DNA of 57,924 nt from an uncultured Burkholderiaceae bacterium. Lineage in GTDB: Bacteria > Pseudomonadota > Gammaproteobacteria > Burkholderiales > Burkholderiaceae. How positions within the stretch are numbered: position 1 is the first letter of the stretch; each line of letters opens with the position of its first letter. The stretch is taken from NCBI GenBank assembly GCA_937862845.1, contig CALMCK010000059.1:1-57924 (forward strand). Direction: 5' to 3'. The translations under genes were made by a program, and so were the position numbers. Positions 52,296-57,924 of this stretch are shown in pieces. The notes below the pieces were generated by a model. It was not told where the DNA came from. It saw nothing but the letters and a program-made list of their open reading frames with translations, and made no database searches.

Positions 52296-54230
52296 ATGCG
52301 CGAATTATCCCAATGCTCCGCTTTACTATTTGATGGCTCAAGCGCAAATGCGGTGAGCCGTTTGTTTGTGGGCGCGTCACAGGCTTGGATGGTGCATGCA
52401 GACGATGGCGTGGCGGCTTTCCAACAAGCGTTGCACGACATCGACACCGCCACGCGCGCGGGTGCGCATGTGGTGCTGTCCATGTCTTATGAAGCCCTCC
52501 AGTCATGCTCGGTCGGCGCGGGCATGCCATGGCAGGATAAGCCCAGCGCGCACCCAGACATTGAGCCGACGCCTTTATTACAAGCACTGGTGTTTGATGC
52601 GCCGCGTCGCCTGAGCCGCGCCGAAGCGCTCGATTGGCTCAAACAGCAAGGCGCGACAGCGAGCACACTGCTCACGCCGACTGTGCCGCTGGTGTCTGAA
52701 CGCGAGTTTGCCGACGACATCGACTCCATCCGAGCACTCATCGCTGCGGGCGACAGCTATCAGGTCAACTATACATTTCCCGTGTTGTGCGACCTGCTCG
52801 CCACCCACGATGCCGATGCCGCACATCACGATGATGCATTGGCCAAAATCTATCATCAGTTGGTGCAGGATTTGCGCATTCCTTACGGCGCGTATTTGAC
52901 ACTGCCCGCGAACTCTCTGCTGTCGTTCTCGCCCGAGTTATTCGTTGAACTGAACCATCACACATTAACCTGTCGCCCGATGAAAGGCACGATGGCGGTC
53001 GCCGAAACCGACAACGAAACCACGCGACGCGCGGCCATGCTGGCGGCGGATCCAAAGAATCGTGCAGAAAACTTAATGATTGTCGATTTGATGCGCAATG
53101 ATTTGTCCGCGCTGTCATGCACGCGCCACGTGCGCGTGCCGACATTGTTTGAGGTCAAGCGCTACGGCGCGGTGTTGCAAATGACATCAACCGTGTGCGC
53201 CGATTTGCATGCGCAGCCGAGTTTGTCTGAACTGTTCAATGCGGTTTTTCCTTGCGGCTCCATCACGGGTGCACCGAAGCGGCGTACGATAGAAATCATT
53301 GACGCATTAGAACCCTACGCGCGCGGCGCCTACTGCGGTGCGATTGGCCACATTGAGCCCGCGGCGGATGGAAAAATCAATGCCACTTTTTCTGTGCCGA
53401 TACGCACATTAGAAACATCAGCGACGCCCATCATCCAGCACGCCGCGACACCGAGCAGACACGCCATTGCGCGCTGGCCGATACAACTCTCTGTCGGTGC
53501 GGGCATCACGCACGACTCCAATGCGGCCGATGAGTGGCAAGAGTCTTTGCTCAAGGCGCGCTTTCTCACGCAACACACCCAGACCTTTGAGCTCATCGAA
53601 ACCATGCGCGTCACACAAAATGACGATGCTCTATGGCAAGTCACATTGCTCGATGAGCATCGCGGCCGCATGGCGAACAGCGCGCGTGCGCTGGGTTTGC
53701 CATTTGATGCGACAGAGTTTAACGACGCTGTGCACAGCGCCACCACACGCATCGTCACCCATCCGTCCGAGACGCCACCTGATGCGATTCGCCTGCGACT
53801 GGCATTGAGCCACGACGGTTTTTCACATGTGTTGGCCGTGGCAGAGCCGACACCCGACTGTGCACTTTTTTCTATTCACCCGACACACACCGATTCGCGC
53901 AATCCGTTTTTGCAACACAAAACCAGCGTGCGCGTGCAGTACAACGATGCGCTCTGCGATGCGATTACGCGTGGTTTGTTTGATTATGTGTTTGTCAATG
54001 AGCGGGGAGACATCACCGAGGGCGCGCGCAGCAATATCTTTATCTGTCTCCATGGCGAATGGCTCACGCCGCCACTGCACTGCGGTGTCTTGGCGGGCGT
54101 GCAACGCGGACAACTGATACAAAAACTAAAGGCCCAAGAAAAAATCTTGAGCGTTGAGGATGTGCGTGGGGCAGAAAAAATACTGTTGTGCAATGCGCTG
54201 CACGGCGCGATAATCGCTCGCCTCGTTTAG
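52296..54230 (+). CDS. Fused aminodeoxychorismate synthase component I / ADC lyase (PabB-PabC)
   Basis: GDSYQVNYT, SFSPELF, PMKGT, AENLMIVDLMRND, PCGSITGAPK, followed by a class IV aminotransferase domain (HKT, TEGARSNIF, GVLAGV). Confidence 0.9.
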   Translation: MRELSQCSALLFDGSSANAVSRLFVGASQAWMVHADDGVAAFQQALHDIDTATRAGAHVVLSMSYEALQSCSVGAGMPWQDKPSAHPDIEPTPLLQALVFDAPRRLSRAEALDWLKQQGATASTLLTPTVPLVSEREFADDIDSIRALIAAGDSYQVNYTFPVLCDLLATHDADAAHHDDALAKIYHQLVQDLRIPYGAYLTLPANSLLSFSPELFVELNHHTLTCRPMKGTMAVAETDNETTRRAAMLAADPKNRAENLMIVDLMRNDLSALSCTRHVRVPTLFEVKRYGAVLQMTSTVCADLHAQPSLSELFNAVFPCGSITGAPKRRTIEIIDALEPYARGAYCGAIGHIEPAADGKINATFSVPIRTLETSATPIIQHAATPSRHAIARWPIQLSVGAGITHDSNAADEWQESLLKARFLTQHTQTFELIETMRVTQNDDALWQVTLLDEHRGRMANSARALGLPFDATEFNDAVHSATTRIVTHPSETPPDAIRLRLALSHDGFSHVLAVAEPTPDCALFSIHPTHTDSRNPFLQHKTSVRVQYNDALCDAITRGLFDYVFVNERGDITEGARSNIFICLHGEWLTPPLHCGVLAGVQRGQLIQKLKAQEKILSVEDVRGAEKILLCNALHGAIIARLV

Positions 54231-54243
54231 CGAGCGTGATGGG

Positions 54244-54912
54244 TTAAACCCCGTACCGACTGCGATACGCCGCCACTTGTGCACGGTACTGCACCAACTC
54301 GGCGGCATCGTTGTTGTCCAAATACGCCATCAAATCATTGAGGTTGGCAATCGAGAAAACGGGGATGCCGTATTCATTCTCAACGTTTTGCACCGCCGAA
54401 AACTCACCGACATCATCGGCCGTGCCGCTTTTCTCCATCCGATCGAGTGCAATCAAAACCGCCACAGGTGTCGCACCCGCAGCACGCAGCATCTCGACCG
54501 ACTCGCGCACAGACGTGCCCGCAGAAATCACATCATCGACAATCACCACGCGCTGACCTGCCAATGGCGCACCGACCAATGTGCCGCCTTCGCCGTGGTC
54601 TTTTGCTTCTTTGCGATTGTACGCATATGGTGTGTTGGCATTTTTTTGCGCGAGCGCCATGGCGGTCGCGGCGGCCAGCGTGATGCCTTTATACGCAGGG
54701 CCAAACAACGCATCAAACTCAAATCCTGCGGCGCGCTGCTCGAGCAACACACCCGCGTAAGCGGTGGCGAGCTGTTGCAAACTTTCGCCGTCGTCAAACA
54801 ACCCCGCATTGAAAAAATACGGCGAAATGCGAGCGGCTTTGGTTTTAAACTCACCAAAACGCAAGACGTTTTTTTGAAGGGCAAAGGCGATGAATTGGGC
54901 GGCAATTGTCAT
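54244..54912 (-). CDS. pyrE: Orotate phosphoribosyltransferase
   Basis: SPYFFNAG, FGPAYKGI, NRKEAKDHGEGG, VDDVISAGTS. Confidence 0.98.
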   Translation of the reverse strand: MTIAAQFIAFALQKNVLRFGEFKTKAARISPYFFNAGLFDDGESLQQLATAYAGVLLEQRAAGFEFDALFGPAYKGITLAAATAMALAQKNANTPYAYNRKEAKDHGEGGTLVGAPLAGQRVVIVDDVISAGTSVRESVEMLRAAGATPVAVLIALDRMEKSGTADDVGEFSAVQNVENEYGIPVFSIANLNDLMAYLDNNDAAELVQYRAQVAAYRSRYGV

Positions 54913-54935
54913 GGTGTTTCTAGTTCATTCAAGGT

Positions 54936-55712
54936 TTAAGTGGAAGGTGTTTCGGCCAAGTCAGCATCTGCTTTGGGGGCAACCCAACGTGCGATGAAAA
55001 GACCCAGCTCATAAAGCAAGACCAAAGGTATGGCGAGCAACAGCTGTGACGCCACATCTGGTGGCGTGACCACAGCGGCGATGGCAAATGCACCGACGAT
55101 GACGTATGGGCGCGCGACTTTGAGTTGCGCGAGTGTGACGATGCCCAGTCGCGTGAGCACGACGACAACGACAGGCACTTCAAATGTTAAGCCGAAGGAG
55201 AGAAACATGGTCAAGCCAAAACTCAAATACTTGTCAATGTCTGTGGCCATCTCGACGCCGATGGGCGTGAGTGCGGCCATGAGTTTAAACACCGTTGGGA
55301 ACACGAAAAAATAAGCAAAGGCGCTGCCGACAATAAATAAAATATAACTCGAGGCAATAATCGGCACAACGAGTTTTTTTTCATGCTGATATAACCCTGG
55401 CGCAATGAAAGACCAAGCCTGATGCAACACGACGGGCAGCGCGAGGGTGAAGGCGACCCACATGACGAATTTAAGTGGCACAAAGAAATTTGAGGTGACA
55501 TCGAGCGAGAGCATGCGCGAGCCTGCGGGCAGATTGTCCAACATGGGCTTGGCGAACGCACCAAAAATATCGTCGCGCCAATACAGCAGGCATAAAAAAA
55601 TCACCAGCACGGCGAGCGCTGATTTCATCAAGCGCGAACGCAGCTCAATCAAATGCGTCATCCAACCCGTAAGGTTGGTGTCATTGCTGGTGTCGGGTAA
55701 TTTTTGAGTCAT
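54936..55712 (-). CDS. tatC: Twin-arginine translocase subunit TatC
   Basis: HLIELRSRL, FIAPGLYQHEK, FEVPV, TPPDVASQ. Confidence 0.97.
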   Translation of the reverse strand: MTQKLPDTSNDTNLTGWMTHLIELRSRLMKSALAVLVIFLCLLYWRDDIFGAFAKPMLDNLPAGSRMLSLDVTSNFFVPLKFVMWVAFTLALPVVLHQAWSFIAPGLYQHEKKLVVPIIASSYILFIVGSAFAYFFVFPTVFKLMAALTPIGVEMATDIDKYLSFGLTMFLSFGLTFEVPVVVVVLTRLGIVTLAQLKVARPYVIVGAFAIAAVVTPPDVASQLLLAIPLVLLYELGLFIARWVAPKADADLAETPST

Positions 55713-55765
55713 AGCGTTCAATAAAAAAGCGTGTTTTGCAACGCGCCTGTGTCACTCGTCTGGCA

Positions 55766-56257
55766 TCAAACAAAAAACGACACTTTGGGTTTGCTCGTGT
55801 GTGCGGCGTAGCGACGATGGCGCGCCATGCGCGCCGCCTCGCTGGTGACGCGGGATTTGATGCCGTTTTGCTGTTTGTACCACTGTGGCACACGGCCTGT
55901 TTTGACGCGCCAGTGTGCACGTCCTGTGCGCTTGGCGATGTGTGCGGGATAGGGCTGTTCGGCATACGACTGGCCAATGTTGCTCGCGCCGCGCACCACG
56001 TTCTCGGCTGCACTCCATTGATCGCGCACGGTTTTTTCCACATCATTGAAATCATCTTTGATGCTTTGCCCCATGTCTTTGAGATCAGCCAGCGCCATGT
56101 CTTTGCTCACCTCGTCTTTGACATCGCGCAAATATCGCTGCGCGCGACCCAACAAAGTCCCCGCGACACGGGCGACACGAGGCAGGCGCTCGGGACCGAG
56201 CACAATCAGTGCGACCACGCCGATGATGGCGATTTGTGAAAAGCCAATGTCAAACAT
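55766..56257 (-). CDS. tatB: Twin-arginine translocase subunit TatB
   Basis: MFDIGFS...LIVLGPERLP. Confidence 0.95.
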   Translation of the reverse strand: MFDIGFSQIAIIGVVALIVLGPERLPRVARVAGTLLGRAQRYLRDVKDEVSKDMALADLKDMGQSIKDDFNDVEKTVRDQWSAAENVVRGASNIGQSYAEQPYPAHIAKRTGRAHWRVKTGRVPQWYKQQNGIKSRVTSEAARMARHRRYAAHTSKPKVSFFV

Positions 56258-56266
56258 GTGTTTGGC

Positions 56267-56485
56267 TTATGACTGTTTTTCGTGGCGCTTGGTGTCGGCC
56301 ACGTCGATGACTTTGTCTGTGGCGTCGGTCATTTTTTTAGCCTCGTCTTCGCTGTTCATGCCGTCTTTAAAACCTTTAACGGCAGAGCCCAAATCGTTGC
56401 CCATGTTGCGCAATTTTTTGGTGCCAAACACCAGAACCACCACCACCAATAATACCAATAAATGCCAAATGCTGAATGCACCCAT
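56267..56485 (-). CDS. tatA: Twin-arginine translocase subunit TatA
   Basis: SIWHLL...[22 protein letters not shown]. Confidence 0.96.
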   Translation of the reverse strand: MGAFSIWHLLVLLVVVVLVFGTKKLRNMGNDLGSAVKGFKDGMNSEDEAKKMTDATDKVIDVADTKRHEKQS

Positions 56486-56528
56486 GTCTCACTCCTAAAA
56501 TTTTAAATTTATAAATTAAACCACGTTG

Positions 56529-56891
56529 TTACGGAAAAGCACGCCAAGGACGATCGCCTGCGAGCACATGCAAATGTATATGGTACACCTCTTGCATACC
56601 ATCGGGCCCTGCATTCATCACGACCCGTAAACCACCTTCTGGCAACGCTCTGCCGCCATTTTCTGAAGCAAGTTTGGGGGCCATGGCCATCATTCGCCCA
56701 ACAATCGCCTCATCGGCTGGGCGGACATCGCCCAGTGTGGCGATGTGAGTTTTTGGCACGATGAGCAAATGAACGGGTGCAGCTGGGTTGATGTCGTGAA
56801 ACGCTATCAACTCGTCGTCCTCAAATACTTTTTTTGCAGGGATGTCGCCTGCAACTATTTTACAAAAAAGACAGTCATGCATCTGACTCAC
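56529..56891 (-). CDS. Histidine triad nucleotide-binding protein (HinT-like)
   Basis: [26 protein letters not shown]. Confidence 0.95.
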   Translation of the reverse strand: MSQMHDCLFCKIVAGDIPAKKVFEDDELIAFHDINPAAPVHLLIVPKTHIATLGDVRPADEAIVGRMMAMAPKLASENGGRALPEGGLRVVMNAGPDGMQEVYHIHLHVLAGDRPWRAFP

Positions 56892-57256
56892 TCCTTATTT
56901 TCTCGAGCCACAGCTGCGGGCGGCGCTTTTAGTGTCTCGACTCGCGAGGCTTTTTCGTCCAATCCTGACATACCTTCGCGGCGTGCCAGTTCTTTGACCA
57001 CATCTTTAAATGACAGATTGTAGTACGATAACATGACCATGGTGTGAAAAACCAAGTCCGCCGACTCATAAACAATTTTGCTCGCGTCTTGGGTCTTGCC
57101 AGCCATCACGACTTCGACCGCCTCTTCGCCGACTTTTTTGAGGACGGTGTCCTCACCTTTATGTAACAGGCGTGCCACATAAGACAGCTCTGGATCACCG
57201 TCGCGGCGCGAGGCGATTAACTCATCCAATTGTCCCAAAACATCCACAGCATTCAT
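56888..57256 (-). CDS. hisE: Phosphoribosyl-ATP diphosphatase
   Basis: [30 protein letters not shown]. Confidence 0.96.
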   Translation of the reverse strand: MNAVDVLGQLDELIASRRDGDPELSYVARLLHKGEDTVLKKVGEEAVEVVMAGKTQDASKIVYESADLVFHTMVMLSYYNLSFKDVVKELARREGMSGLDEKASRVETLKAPPAAVARENKE

Positions 57257-57273
57257 GGTATTTCCCTCAAAAT

Positions 57274-57666
57274 TTATTTTTTATAAATGTCGTCTGGTGA
57301 TTTAACCACAGGCTCAGTCACTCGCCATTGTTGTGTCTCAAAATCATAGGCCTCAAAAAAGCAACTGTGACGCCCAGTGTGGCAAGCAATACCGCCATCC
57401 TGCACCACGCTCAGTAACAACACGTCCTGATCGCAGTCAACGCGCACCGACTGGACGTGTTGAACATGACCCGATTCTTCGCCTTTAAACCACAATTTAT
57501 TGCGCGAGCGCGAAAAATACACCGCGCGACGCAAAGCCAATGTTTGCTCAAGTGCCTCTCGGTTCATCCATGCAAACATCAGCACTCGGTTGGTGCCGTG
57601 CTCCTGCGCAATCACAGGCACGAGGCCATGGTCATCCCAACGAACGTGGTTCAATACATCTGTCAT
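57274..57666 (-). CDS. hisI: Phosphoribosyl-AMP cyclohydrolase
   Basis: [30 protein letters not shown]. Confidence 0.97.
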   Translation of the reverse strand: MTDVLNHVRWDDHGLVPVIAQEHGTNRVLMFAWMNREALEQTLALRRAVYFSRSRNKLWFKGEESGHVQHVQSVRVDCDQDVLLLSVVQDGGIACHTGRHSCFFEAYDFETQQWRVTEPVVKSPDDIYKK

Positions 57667-57756
57667 TTTACGTCAATTCTCTTTGCTAGATTAAATCGCT
57701 TCGATTTACCTTCATGGCAATCGTGTGAAGTTTCAACTGGTGATAGGCATTCAACA

Positions 57757-57924
57757 TCACAAGCGAATCGAAATCCCCTGCGCCGCCATCAGTTGTTTCG
57801 CCTCGGCCACCGTGTGTTGGCCAAAGTGAAAAATACTCGCCGCGAGCACCGCATCGGCGTGGCCCTCTAAAATCCCATCCGCCAAATCCTGCAAACCACC
57901 GACACCGCCCGAAGCCACCACAGG
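57757..57924 (-). CDS. hisF: Imidazole glycerol phosphate synthase subunit HisF (3' end only)
   Basis: Manual translation: [55 protein letters not shown]. Confidence 0.95.
   Translation of the reverse strand, partial: PVVASGGVGGLQDLADGILEGHADAVLAASIFHFGQHTVAEAKQLMAAQGISIRL

Noticed and set aside
52296-54230. PabB-PabC fusion as a novelty
   Set aside because: This fusion is common in Proteobacteria.

Overview
A 58-kb chromosomal segment from a Betaproteobacterium. Gene content and order are Burkholderiales-like (inference): hslUV-dksA, birA-coaX, phaM, hisZ-purA, yqgE-ruvX-pyrR-pyrB-pyrC', maeB-RNase-barstar, hisFIE-HIT-tatABC. It is mostly housekeeping; I found no rRNA, tRNA, CRISPR array, transposase or prophage. 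The main points of interest are: (1) a free-standing type IIA topoisomerase TOPRIM/GyrB-C-terminal gene with intact acidic metal-binding motifs but no ATPase domain, directly behind apaH; (2) a COG0523/CobW-family homologue upstream of dksA that has lost every GTPase and metal-binding motif; (3) a Rhizobiales-type glgP-glgB-glgC-glgA-pgm-glgX glycogen cluster split by an AT-richer sulfide-oxidation cassette (tauE, DUF442-SQR, persulfide dioxygenase); (4) an unannotated diverged second copy of the C-terminus of a DUF3108-like protein; (5) structured leaders in front of hisZ-purA and of a VUT (queuosine precursor) transporter; (6) a Pseudomonas-like aotJQMOP cluster with an NtrC-like box, followed by an Orn/Lys/Arg decarboxylase; (7) REP/REPIN-like palindromes. 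All family assignments come from motifs recognised by eye; no database search was run.
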